Shown here one piece after another: positions 1 to 12,747 of a DNA stretch of 64,000 bases; position 1 is the stretch's first letter; each line of letters opens with the position of its first letter. The notes beneath the pieces are model-generated. The model made no database searches. It was not told the DNA's origin and saw nothing but the letters and a program-made list of their open reading frames with translations. Source of the stretch: Octopus bimaculoides (lineage: Eukaryota); NCBI RefSeq assembly GCF_001194135.2, contig NC_068982.1, forward strand, positions 125,461,765 to 125,525,764, read 5' to 3'. Position numbers and translations under genes: made by a program.

Positions 1-119
1 TATATATACGACAGGCTTCTTTCAGTTTCCGTCTACCAAATCCACTCACAAGGCTTTGGTCGGCCCGAGGCTATAGCAGAAGACACTTGCCCAAGGTGCC
101 ACGCAATGGGACTGAACCC
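1..119 (-). mobile_element. SINE family A, 5' half (truncated)
   Basis: Reverse complement of the family A head/core (ggcaccttgggcaagtgtctt...gagtggatttggtagacggaaactgaaagaagc) seen complete at 34971-35378. Confidence 0.85.
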
Positions 120-469
120 ACTCCTAAAAATTAATTTGATTTTGCTATCAGCAAGCAAAAAACTACAAGTGGTTGGAAGAAATTTAACTAGATGCCGGTC
201 ATGAATGCCAAAATGCGAACCCCAATGTGGTCATTCGCCTGCTAAAAACTTCAGCTAGTTCCCACTCAAGACTACATCTTACCGGTTTAAAAATGGCAAG
301 GACACACTGGATAATGTAGTCGTAGATAAGTAATGCGGGCAAAAATACGGGATGGTCGTGGTTGACATGACTTTTGATGATAGGCATGTTTGTTCGAGGT
401 TGCTGGAGACTAAACTAGAACAAAACAACAATAAAATCAGATGCTTCAAACCACTCACCCCATTCTCTT

Positions 470-885
470 CCTACACACATACACACACACACACACACAC
501 GTATGAACGCATGTGTAAGAGAGAGTAGGGAGAGAGGGGAACTAGAAAGACACTCATATACACAAACACACAAAGGCAGAGGGTGTGTGTTGCAGGGAGA
601 ACGTGTATGTATATGGCAAAGAGAGAGAGAAAGAGACAGACAGAGACAGAGAGACAGACAGAGAAAGAGAATGTGTGCGTGCGTGTTTCAGATAGAAAGA
701 CAGAGTGTGTGTGAGTGTGTGAGAGTGTGTGTGCGTGTGTGTGACAGAGCGAGAATGTGTGTGTGTGTATGTGTATGTGTGAGTGTGTTTCTGAGAGAAA
801 GAGAGAGGAGAGAAGAGAAAGAGACTCGCATACAAATACGCGCGTGCGCACACACAAATAAACACATACATACACACACACACAT
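470..885. repeat. Compound (CA)n/(GA)n/(GT)n microsatellite tract
   Basis: Directly visible dinucleotide runs; explains the four overlapping low-complexity ORFs. Confidence 0.95.
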
Positions 886-1253
886 TTAAACCGTCTGGGT
901 AGCAGTTTTTTGTTTGTTAGCCTGAGCTGTCAAGTAATGGAGAGAGAAAAAACAACTGAGACATACAACTAGGTTGACAGCAAGAATCAGGCTTGGCTGA
1001 ATTGCTAAATAACTACACAACCTACTGAATAAGGATTTGGAGATTTATTTATTTTCTGAAATAAAAACAAGAGAAACTACATACAAACGGGAAAGAGGAG
1101 GGGGGGGGGTTACTTCGTGTAGGATGGATAAAGTTTCTTTCACTATACTTTCAAACTAACATTATGCTTCCTTCCAGTCAATGCATGTCACTGCCATAGT
1201 TTTCAGAAAAATGTCAACCATTTCACTACCAACATTTCTTTTGTGAAATCCAA

Positions 1254-1688
1254 GGCAGAGAGCTGGCAGAATCGGTAACACGCCGGACGAAATGTTTTGC
1301 GGTATTTTGTCTGCCGTTACGTTCTGAGTTCAAATTCCGCTGAGGTCGACTTTGCCTTTCATCCTTCCGGGGTGGATAAATTAAGTACCAGTTGTGTACT
1401 GAAGTCGATCTAATCGACTTAATCCCTCTGTCTGTCCTTGTTTATCCCCTCTATGTTTATCCCCTTGTGGGCAATAAAAAAAATAAGAATCATTAGCACG
1501 CTGGACGAAATGCTTAGCGGTATTTCGCCCGCCGCTACATTCTGAGTTCAAATTCCACCGAGGTCGACTCTGTCTTTCATCCTTTCGGGGTCGATGAATT
1601 ACGTACTAGTGATACACTGGCTCGATATAATCGACTAGTCCCCTTCCCATGAATTTCAGGCCTTGTGCCTTTAGTATAAAGGATTATA
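1254..1688 (+). mobile_element. SINE family B head-to-tail dimer (B1-tailed copy plus 5'-truncated B2-tailed copy)
   Basis: gagctggcagaatc A-box-like start, gagttcaaattcc B-box-like motif, gtcgataaattaagtaccag core; second copy starts at about 1488. Confidence 0.85.
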
Positions 1689-1777
1689 CTTCGTTCCACT
1701 CAGTACATGCTTTTGTCATAGTTTTCAGAAAAATGTTAACCATTTTACAAGCAACATTTCTTTGTGAAATCTTAGGC

Positions 1778-1945
1778 GCAGAGCTGGCAGAATCGGTAGC
1801 AGGCCGAGCAAAATGTTTGGCGATATTTCGTCCGTATTTACGTTCTGAGTTCAAATTCTGCCCTTCCTTACCTCTCCGGGTCAATAAAATAAGTACCAGT
1901 TGAGCCTTGGGGTCGATGTACGACTTACCCACGAAACTGCTGACT
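1778..1945 (+). mobile_element. SINE family B copy
   Basis: Same head and core as 1254-1490. Confidence 0.8.
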
Positions 1946-2335
1946 TCGTACAAAAATCTGAAACCAATGGTTCTTTTGAAATACACTGCCTTCATTCCGA
2001 TTAATGTTATTTAGTAACGAAGAAGATAGCTTAATATTTTGTCGTTATTAAGTTAGTATTGTAATATGAATTAGCATGAAATTTCGGTAGGTTTTAATAA
2101 AGATTAATTTAAACCAGGAAATTTTGTATCATAGAAGCAAAGACGGTCTAAGGCAGTTTGATATCAAAAGGGAGACTCTGAAACTCCTGCGTTAACCCTG
2201 TCCTTCGTATCACATGTTATACACGGCACATATTTCCCTGACATACATGCATCATATATGATAGACATTCTCAATTTTTTTTCCGCAGTAGAGTAACTTG
2301 GTACTTATGAAAGGAAAGCTTTATATTACTTAGAA

Positions 2336-3110
2336 CAGTGGTTCTCAACCGGGGTCAATATGGCCCCTGAGAGTCCATATAAGATTGGGTGGGTGGGGGG
2401 CATGCAACAAAATAGTAAATTGAGCATCCACAATAATTTTTCAAGGGCACCTGAAAAAATTTTACTTTAAATGTATGTATTAGAATGTGTTGCAAGAAAC
2501 AGCCACGCTTTTTTTTTTTTCCTCAAACATTTTATATAGTTCAACCTACAGAAGTTAATGTGTTAAAAACAAAAAAGGAATTTTGAAAGAGGCATCTATA
2601 AAACAAAACTAGTTTTTGAACATTGAATGGCTATGGGGGTCCACCAGAATGAAATAGTAATCAAAGGGCTCCATAGATAAAAAAAAAAAAAAACAAATAG
2701 TGAGAATAGGCGCAGGCGTGTCTGTGTGGTAAGAAGCTTGCTTCCCCCCAAAACCATATAGCTCAGGGTTCAGCCTTCTACCATAGCCTCGAGCCGATCA
2801 AAGCCTTGTGAGTGGATTTGGTAGACGGAAACTGAAACAAGCCCGACATGTATATATATATATATATATNNNNNNNNNNNNNNNNNNNNNNNNNNNNNNN
2901 NNNNNNNNNNNNNNNNNNNNNNNNNNNNNNNNNNNNNNNNNNNNNNNNNNNNNNNNNNNNNNNNNNNNNNNNNNNNNNNNNNNNNNNNNNNNNNNNNNNN
3001 NNNNNNNNNNNNNNNNNNNNNNNNNNNNNNNNNNNNNNNNNNNNNNNNNNNNNNNNNNNNNNNNNNNNNNNNNNNNNNNNNNNNNNNNNNNNNNNNNNNN
3101 NNNNNNNATG

Positions 3111-3183
<73 letters not shown>

Positions 3184-3413
3184 ACATGTTTGTGTGTGCG
3201 CATCTATGCTCATTCCCCCACCATCGCTCGACAACTGATGCGGGTGTGTTTACGTCCCGGTAACTTAGCGGTTCAGCAAAATAGACCGATAGAATAAGTG
3301 CTAAGCTTACAAAGAATCAGTCCTGGAGTCAATTTCTTCTATAAAATCCTTTAAGGTGGTGCTCCAGCATGGCCGCAATCAAATGACTGAAACAAGTAAA
3401 AGAGTAACCCCTG
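2336..3413 (+). mobile_element. hAT-like MITE interrupted by a family A SINE
   Basis: Left TIR cagtggttctcaacc at 2336; right TIR split as gtgagaa|SINE|acccctg; 8-bp TSD acttagaa (2328-2335) / gcttagaa (3414-3421). Confidence 0.75.
2708..3406 (+). mobile_element. SINE family A, full length, with internal (TA)n/(TG)n and gap
   Basis: tRNA-like head, central core, internal microsatellite, tail gaaacaagtaaaagagta. Confidence 0.9.
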
Positions 3414-5403
3414 GCTTAGAACGTAATGAAACATGGCTAACTAAAAGTCTGAAAACCAGCATGGACATTTAGAAAAGACTTATGAAAATGCTTGGAACAG
3501 GCAAGGGGTTAAGGTTAAATTTATACTACCCACTAGAAGATAAATGTTCAATAAAAAACATAACTATATAATACGGTTCCCTCTAAGACAGTCACTAAAA
3601 TGTTTTATATGGTTATTTAATGCTCACTCTGCTTCAGTTTAATTTAGTATGGGCCTTCTCCAGTAGTCATCACAGTACGAAACTGCGGTCAAACTGCTGT
3701 CAAACCGCCGTCAATTTCCTGACACTTCACAACAGTCAAATATTGTTATAATCATAGGTATAGACACCTTTGTTCCACTTGGCAGCCATTTTGTTCTGGG
3801 CTCGTACTCTCTGCGAGGTAACTTAAGCAGGTATTTTCTCGCAAAAGCATTTTTCACCTATGCTTTGCGAGCAGAGTTTGATTGGCAGAGAAAGGACCAT
3901 TTGTGTGTGTGTGTGTGTATTTTGTAGAGGTTTATATATACTATTCATCCATTTACAAAAACTTTACGAGCGATGAATTTTGGGATCCATTGAGTTACAG
4001 ACACTTCCTTGTCACTAGGTTGTCACAAGAAATGCAGTTCGTGGGAAATATTTAGCTTCCGACGCTATTGTTGACAAAAAGCAATATTTTATATCACGCA
4101 CACCCACACGCACACTTATTGGACAAGGTGGAAACAATGCAAGACGAAATATCAAGCAAATTACAAAAACAGAAACATGGCAAAGTTCGAGTTTATATAT
4201 TTTGGGGATACGATCCCCTTCTTCGGGATATGTGGACAAGCGAGGGATGGACAAATGCCGTTGCTCAGATGTGTAGGAGGGGACGATGACGTGCCCATTC
4301 CATACTCAACCCAACGTCAATTTTTGCAAGTCGGTCACTTAATTGCCAGTATACTACCAAGCCCACCGTCAAATGACTACAATCGAAGTAACAGCTAGAT
4401 TATATTTATGAGCAATCCTATGTTAGTCGATATGTTTGTTTATATCAATAAAACATGTTTTTGAAATGTTTAAAATCTCTTTATAAAAGAAATATTGATA
4501 AACATGATACTTAGAAACATAAAATAAATATAATTCTGTGTTTGTAGAAGCAATCATTAGACCTATCCCTTCTGTCACCAAAAACAAATCACAACCTTTA
4601 CACTCCCATTTGGCTTATACAACTCCTATAATCTCTCTTTCTGCTTGTTTTCCTTTCTGTTTCTTTTGTATTTATTTATTTGTTTTATATCTTACATTCT
4701 TTATACTCTATTATATTTAAAGCCCCAGTTCTTCCTGTTCTAGTTCTCCTCACCTCCCGTCTAGTGTTCTGTTTACTTCCCTAACATTAGCGTTTGTCTT
4801 CCCTTTTTTCCTTTTAAAAAGTTACGTAACAAACTACTCACTTCAAATTATCTCCCCTCATTCTTCTTTCCAATTTCCTCCCATCTCTCTCTAGCTTATT
4901 TCTCTCTCTCGCTCTTTTTCTTCTTACCTAACTCTCTCACTCTCTGTTACTTACATAATGTTTTCACTCAACTCAGGCACACATAACTGTTATTATTGTT
5001 TTAATTAGCACCTGAGCTGACAGCTCACAGTGTCCCTGATTTGTCCGGTCAAGGTGACCAAACTGGGTCATGTAGTGTCGCTGACACTTTGAACAGTAAA
5101 CGGAAAAGAAAATATTCTGTTAGACCATGTTATAGTAGATTCTATGATGTTAATAATGACAGTTTATCGCAGCGCAGCATCATTCTTTCCTTAGCATACA
5201 CAAAGGATATTTTTTAAGACAACGGAGTTGAAATTACAAAGAGAGTTGTTTTTTCTTTCAATGCTGCTGACTAAAGAAATCAAACAAATATTTAGAAACG
5301 TTCAAATTCTCGCATTCCTACAGCAGCTAATCTCAACAGTGTAACAACTTCAAGGATAAAAACTGTAGCTCATTACTCCTGGAAATAAACGTGTTTCGAT
5401 ATA

Positions 5404-5613
5404 TACTCTTTTATTTGTTTCAGCCATTTGACTGCGGCCATGCTGGAGCACCGCCTTTAGTCGAGAAAATCGACCCCAGGACTTATTATTTGTAAGCCTA
5501 GTACTTATTCTATCGGACTCTTTTTGCCGAACCGCTAGGTTACGGGGACGTAAACACACCAGCATCGGTTGTCAAGCGATGTTGGGGGGACAAACACAGA
5601 CACACAAACTCAG

Positions 5614-5655
<42 letters not shown>
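5404..5655 (-). mobile_element. SINE family A, 3' half
   Basis: Reverse complement of the family A tail, running into (CA)n(TA)n and a gap. Confidence 0.9.
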
Positions 5656-7422
5656 NNNNNNNNNNNNNNNNNNNNNNNNNNNNNNNNNNNNNNNNNNNNN
5701 NNNNNNNNNNNNNNNNNNNNNNNNNNNNNNNNNNNNNNNNNNNNNNNNNNNNNNNNNNNNNNNNNNNNNNNNNNNNNNNNNNNNNNNNNNNNNNNNNNNN
5801 NNNNNNNNNNNNNNNNNNNNNNNNNNNNNNNNNNNNNNNNNNNNNNNNNNNNNNNNNNNNNNNNNNNNNNNNNNNNNNNNNNNNNNNNNNNNNNNNNNNN
5901 NNNNNNNNNNNNNNNNNNNNNNNNNNNNNNNNNNNNNNNNNNNNNNNNNNNNNNNNNNNNNNNNNNNNNNNNNNNNNNNNNNNNNNNNNNNNNNNNNNNN
6001 NNNNNNNNNNNNNNNNNNNNNNNNNNNNNNNNNNNNNNNNNNNNNNNNNNNNNNNNNNNNNNNNNNNNNNNNNNNNNNNNNNNNNNNNNNNNNNNNNNNN
6101 NNNNNNNNNNNNNNNNNNNNNNNNNNNNNNNNNNNNNNNNNNNNNNNNNNNNNNNNNNNNNNNNNNNNNNNNNNNNNNNNNNNNNNNNNNNNNNNNNNNN
6201 NNNNNNNNNNNNNNNNNNNNNNNNNNNNNNNNNNNNNNNNNNNNNNNNNNNNNNNNNNNNNNNNNNNNNNNNAAGCACATAAATATGAAACAGTACTCGA
6301 ATAACGGAGGTAGAGTAATATGCTTATATATATATATATATATAATGAAGTCAGAGCTAGTGATGATATTTTGAATGCATTTGATATACACGCTTCAGAT
6401 GTTTTCCCAATATTAAAAAGAGAATTTCATCTCTAACGCAAAATCTCCCTCACGTGGTCTACTGATTAAGCATCTGGGCTCTCGAACTTCACCTTTTAGT
6501 TTAATCATGTATAGTTTCTTGCACTTCAGCCTGGCGTCTCACTAAGCGCAAGAGTAACAGAACTGCACTCGAACCAATTAACATTTCCGCAAGGCTTCTC
6601 TCAAGAATGGCCTATTTGTTTGGGTGTTGCACTCATGATTGCAAGTTTATGGCTTTGATTCCTGAAGCAGGCCGTGCTTTGTGCTCTCATGCAAAACATT
6701 TCATTTTACTCAGCTTTAAACATATAACCTTGCATCGATGTGGCTTCCTCATCCGAAGAAATGTTATGATCTCGGCCACTTATTCATCGTGGAAATCGGG
6801 CGACCGACCCTATGAATCCTATGCCTCGAGACAATATTGTTCAGAGGTTAATTATGATGATATCAGGGACAGCAGTATTGATTAGCGACAACTAATAAAC
6901 CAGGACCTCCTCCACTCCGCCCACAACCAACCTTATAAAATAACAAAGCTACAAAATAATGTGAAATATACTCGAAAATTCTCCTTCCATTTTACAAGCA
7001 TTCCTTCACTCCGATCCATCCTGATTCCAGTCAGTACTTAATATCGACACACAAACCGAACCATTAAGCTACGGTGACGTAAACACACCAACACCGGTTG
7101 TCTAGTGGTAGGGTAAGAGATGGGGGACAAACATAGACACCAAGACACGCACACACATACACGTAGATATATTCGGATATTAGGATAGCTTACTCAACTG
7201 AAAATGATTTTTATCCTAGCACTGGTTCAGAGCTTTCTCCTTCCAAGCGTTCCCCTTGGTTTATGATTGAGAGAGCTGCCAGAGTATCTACATCTACTCA
7301 CGACTACGAGAGCAGCAAAAACAATTATTGAAAACATGGTACATGCTATCAGATTATACTCGGCTAAGATATATCATAGTATTTTTTGTTTTATTTTTTG
7401 AAATTATTTATTATCATTAAAT

Positions 7423-7747
7423 CTGGCTCATGGCTCAGTGGTTAGAGCGTCGGACTCACAGTCATGAAGTAGTGAGTTCGATTTCCGGACCGGGCTCTGT
7501 GTTGTGCTCTTCTTGAGCAAGACACTTTATTTCACGTTGCTCCAGTTCACTCAGCTGTAGAAATGAGTTACGACGTCACTGGCGCCAAGCTGTATCGGCC
7601 TTTGTCTTGGGTAACATCGGTGGAGAGGGGAAGTTGGTATACATGGACGACCACCAGTCTTTCATAAACAGCCTTGCCCAGACTTGTTCCTCGAAGGGGA
7701 ACTTTCTAGACGCATCCCATGGCCCTTCATGACCAAAGAGGGTCTTT
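7423..7747 (+). mobile_element. SINE family D (tRNA head plus MetaSINE/MESC-like central domain)
   Basis: tggctcagtggttagagc A box, gagttcgatt B box, cttgagcaagacacttt...ccagttcactcagctg core; the domain name is from recall of SINE central-domain consensus. Confidence 0.8.
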
Positions 7748-8243
7748 AGGTTGTTGTTTTTTTTTTACTTTATACATAGCGTAGGAACAATGTACGTTTT
7801 TTTATGACATTTTTCTCTTTTTCGGTTTTTTCTTCTTTTTCTTCTTTTCTTTTTGTAACAAACCATGAGTGTGTAATCTGTTTAATTGGTGTTAATGTTT
7901 GTGATGTTCGCTTCCTAGTTGAAGCCACGAAATTTGGCTTGCATATTTGATTCGCTTCTGCCTGATCTGAAAATAGCAATTGAAGAGATACCATCTGGAA
8001 AAGTTTGCAACACAAAGACCTAAGAATGTGATTTGCCACGTGACTCTCGGAGTATCAGTTGACTGAAACGTTGCCTTTCAGGAAGAAAAGTAACTCAGCA
8101 GTTCAACAGGATGCAATCCGTGGTTATTATCTAAATTGAAACTAACCAATGCACAGAAATAAATAAACAAGTACATAGCATAATAGATGATGCAATAGAA
8201 GTAATGTAACCCAAAACAGGCAATAAAGAAATAATAACTTATA

Positions 8244-8370
8244 CGGGGTGTCCACAAAGTCTGGGTACATGGGGATTAACACATTCTTTAAGAAATTATT
8301 ATTTTTTATATTTAATTGTTTATGTCATGATTTTATTTACTCCATGTACCCAGACTTTGTGGACAACCTG
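8244..8370. mobile_element. 127-bp Tc1/mariner-type MITE
   Basis: About 31-bp imperfect TIRs (cggggtgtccacaaagtctgggtacatgg / ccatgtacccagactttgtggacaacctg) with TA on both sides. Confidence 0.9.
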
Positions 8371-9085
8371 TATATCTGCTTACTCAGTCGTTGAGAAGTG
8401 AAGCAGTGAAAATGTGAAAGCCTAGAAGTTCTTAGTTCGAAACTATGATCTGCACAGAAATGAATACTATGTATCCGTTTTCTCGTATTTTTGATTTTCT
8501 TTTAAAGACATCGCAGCTGAGTAGTTTACAAATATACCAACCGTATATAAATATATTCAAAAACATAATAAACTTATTGTATAGAGTGATCAGAAAACTG
8601 CAGTATTCGTCACGAGAAAGCTTCACGTGTTGACGTATAGTGCTAAAAAGTACAAAAGTATATTAGTAGCAAACGAAAAGCGTCTTGCTAAATCCAGATA
8701 CAAACGTAGCATGTATACATGCTACGTTTTCGGTAGCATGTATACACTATAATAAACTATGCCACGCAATACTGTTGATATGATATTGATTTCATAAAAT
8801 AACACAGGATGACATAACACCTATTTACTTTTATCTTAGTTGCATCTAGTTGGCTGCGACTACGTTTGGGTAAAAATATAGCAATCTAAATGAAGATCGA
8901 ACTTATGATCTTCATATTCGTATATAGCTAATATAAGTATTGAGAAAGAAGCCTTGCCTATAGAAAAGTGAAAGAAAAAGACACTTTGTTCTCCTCTGTC
9001 TGTCTCGCTCTTTTTGTTGCACTTTTCTCTGTTTATCTCTCTTCTAGTCTCTCTTATAGTTTCTCTTTTTAGTTATTATGTATTA

Positions 9086-9278
9086 CTAGCAGAGATACCC
9101 GACGTTGCTCGGGATTAAAATGGTCTAGTTTGTATATATATATATATATATATATNNNNNNNNNNNNNNNNNNNNNNNNNNNNNNNNNNNNNNNNNNNNN
9201 NNNNNNNNNNNNNNNNNNNNNNNNNNNNNNNNNNNNNNNNNNNNNNNNNNNNNNNNNNNNNNNNNNNNNNNNNNNNNN

Positions 9279-9348
<70 letters not shown>

Positions 9349-11464
9349 AACTTACTTGGAAAAGGATGCGTGGCGTTCGATCATATAATAATATAAATAA
9401 TATATAAATATATGCATATATCCATACATATATGTACATACCTACATATATATGTATATATACATGCATATATGGGTACAGGACATCAAAAACACGTTAA
9501 ACACAATGAGAAACGAAAATGTTATAGCGCATGACCATCCTTGGGACATAAGTAATGTGTGTGTATAGTTTGGTGAAAATCGGTTGAGAATTGTGGAAAT
9601 GTATGCATTAGTCATTACACGCACACATATTGGGATTTATATATACTAGCAAACGCACGGTTTAAGTTGCTTTGGTGGTATTTTTTTCACTTTGTACCAG
9701 GTTCCACCTGAGCTCAGCGAGCTGTTTGCTCAGCGGTATCTCCCATGAAGTAAATTTAAAGGAATCGGTGTTCAGTGTTGTTGACATGAAGAATAGAGCC
9801 TAGCCGATGATAGGTTTGGCCCTGAATTTTGAACGTTGGAATATAGGAGCCTTCATGAATGGGTTTGTGACCAAAATTTGTCATCTGAAAGGCAGAGTTA
9901 TAAACGCGAATTTTTTGTATAAATTGCTGCAAATCAGGGTGTTGACCAAGGAGGAAAGGAAAGGCTGTGGAGTGTTTTGCAGGTCAGGCAAGCGAACCTT
10001 TCCGTTTGCGCAACATAGACCACTAGTTTCTCCAACCCACTTGAGGGCCTTGCAAAATGGACATATTACAGACATATCACCTGCAACAGTCTCTCGATGC
10101 GTGGCGTAATCCTCGGCAGGATCATAGTTGAGCGCCTTTGATGTCCATCAACTACTCGATGGCTTCTAATAGCCAAAAGTGGATGCAACGTTGCGTGCCC
10201 GACAGATAGCACTCTTTTGTGGGGTTTCTGCGGCCCTTGCGTCAGCAGCACGCAATCAATAGGTTTCAAGCTGCTCTGGAGTAGATGCAGCTCTAGCAGC
10301 GGCAGCTCTTTTCAACAGTCTACAGGACCTCAGGTCCTCACTTTGCTTAACCTGCCAGCGCTGCTGCCTTGCCGCTATATATGCTCTCTTTTTAGGTGAC
10401 ATACTTGTATTATATGGAAAAGGAAAAATGGGTTTTAGGGTATCAAGTGATTGTCGATTCTATTATAAGCTAACAAAAGCCCCTTTATTCTGTCTTCCCA
10501 CATATCCTGCGCATAAAGTAACAGCAAATGCCACATAAATTTAAATTGGTACGGAGCTTTCTGATAGATACGTATAGCTTTCGCTTGTGGAAGCAAAACT
10601 CTTATTTAAAGATTGATTCTTTGGGACAAATCATATGTGAGTGTTTAAAAAGGGCTTGAACCTCAATGCTAAAACGTATTTGAAACAATTAACAACAGTC
10701 GAAACATCAGAATGGATGGGTAAATAAGCATTCTTACAGTGAAACAACGCATTGGTAGGTAAACAAAGGTATCAACAAATAGCAGAGAAGAAATGGAACA
10801 TCACCTTTCAAGTAACTCTAGAATAAGTAAAGGTAAGCTTGTCAAAGTTTAATGCAGCCTAAAAATGGAGATTAAGATTGCTTGGTATTGGATATTCATC
10901 GCGCACAGTGTTCCTGGTCAATTTAATCACAATCAAAAATATTCTCTAATACCAATATACGACAATATAGATTTTAAAAAGTATGAAGACCCTACATCCA
11001 AAAAAAACTATGTACATTCAACGAATTTGGAAAATCTTTTAAATTAACATAAACATCAAAGAAAATTATTGGAGTCATCACAAGTGTTGTGCTAAAAATA
11101 ACAACTAAATAAAATTTTTTGGATAAATCTTTTAAATTAACACAAACATTTATTTACATGAAAGCAAAATGACAGCTTCCAAATCCTGTTTCCTGACTGA
11201 GTCACCGCGCAGCTGGACAATCGAAGTAAATAAATAGACAAAATCCTTTCACTCTTATAAAAAGATTTTAAAAAGCATCAAAGACCCTACATACAAGAAA
11301 CAATGTCCATTTACGCGGGGTTTCTGGGCAAAATGTTATAGTGCGTGACCATCCTTGGGATATAACTAATGTGTGTGTAAAGTTTGGAGAAAATCTGTTG
11401 AGAATTGTGGAAATGTATGCGTTAGTCATTATACACACACATACTACGATTTATATATAGTAGA
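9086..11464 (-). mobile_element. Composite Helitron (two tandem units)
   Basis: Minus-strand 5' end TCTACTATATATAAATC at 11464; 3' hairpin CCCGA-GCAACG-TCGGG then CTAG at 9086; sits in an A|T target; internal second CTAG at 9646. Confidence 0.85.
9690..10402 (-). pseudogene. Helitron RepHel N-terminal remnant
   Basis: Starts MSPKKR..; ICPFCKALKWVGETSGLCCANGKVRLP Zn-like motif; after a frameshift IRVYNSAFQMTNFG...FKIQGQTYHRLGS...IYFMGD; internal stops. Confidence 0.9.
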
Positions 11465-12747
11465 TTTTGGCCTATGAATAATCAATACAAAAGACATCTA
11501 CGGTCATAAAAGGTACATAAATGAATGTGCACACCTGATAAGGTATATATCAATATGGTCTTAACTGTACATAATAGAAGTGGAAACACACACATACACA
11601 CAAATGCGATTATAATGGCGAGTCACATTTTTGTGATTTGTTTCTTTACTTCTTTCAAAAATCTTTTAATTTCATTATTGACCTATAACGTCGTCAACCT
11701 AGATTGTAATTGGTTTTCAATAGAGGTGTGAAAAAGAAATGCGAATGCTAGTTTAACCCAGCTTAATGCGTTCCTGGTCAAGGCTAGTTATTTACGTAGA
11801 TACATGGAAAAATGCGAACGTGATTAATGTAACGTTAGCCCACAGCAAAATTTGAATGGCTCAGTGTCTTCATTGAGCGTGTTTACGTATTGCATTAGGT
11901 GCAGCTATGTGGAAATTGAAATTCTTAATGTAATGAGCAGAAAAGTATTTGAGGCGTCTAGTGACAGATTGTCGTAAGTGCTATAACTTGAAAACCGAGA
12001 AAAACGCAAAGTTTCGCGACTTTCAGAATGCGATATCTCGACAAGGAAGGAAGTTATGAAGCTAGTTTTAGTCTTAAAATGACCGTGAAAACCTCCTCTA
12101 ATCATTCCACCTATGTAAAATTATTTATTTATGTACGCATCTGACAGATGAAACAATTATTGCGTCTTTCTCATTTTGTAGAATATACCGGTACCACGAA
12201 ACGGTGTATCACATTGCATATTTTAGTCATAATACCTAGAAAAATCGTACAGAGACCTCGCCCCAAGGTATTGTTTGTGTTTTAATATACCAAGGTAAGT
12301 ATCTTTAAGAAGTAAGTAAGACAAGATAGTAAGATAATAGCCCATTACCGTTACGGATGGTAACAAGGAATATTAGAAAATAAGCCATAACACCTCGGAA
12401 AACGATACAGGCACCTCATCAAAGCTATTGACTGAGCGTGTGTGCTTACGATGGTGTTACTAAACTCTCTGGTCCGAGTTTGGGTGAGCGAGTGTCGTGT
12501 TAATAGCGTCGCAGTACAATTTTTTTCAGCCGGATTTTCGACCTTATTGCAAGCCTCACCGGTTCTTCCTCCCGACTTTTACGGATTCTAGACGTCGAGA
12601 TAAAGAAAATGATAAACTAATCTCGAAAATGGCCGGAATGGCACTTACGACACTCTGTTACTAAACGCCTCATTTAATTCATTGTAATTCCCCCTGTACA
12701 AACAAGACAAAAAAATATCACTAACCTTGATTATTAGTTCTCAAAAA

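Noticed and set aside
471-889. ORFs rich in HT/CV/RE/SL/YI dipeptides here and across the window
   Set aside because: They are translations of dinucleotide microsatellites, which lack stops in some frames.
5540-6391. Long ORFs containing X runs (also 21577, 23410, 25337, 36109, 38088, 53244)
   Set aside because: They are open only because they cross N gaps.
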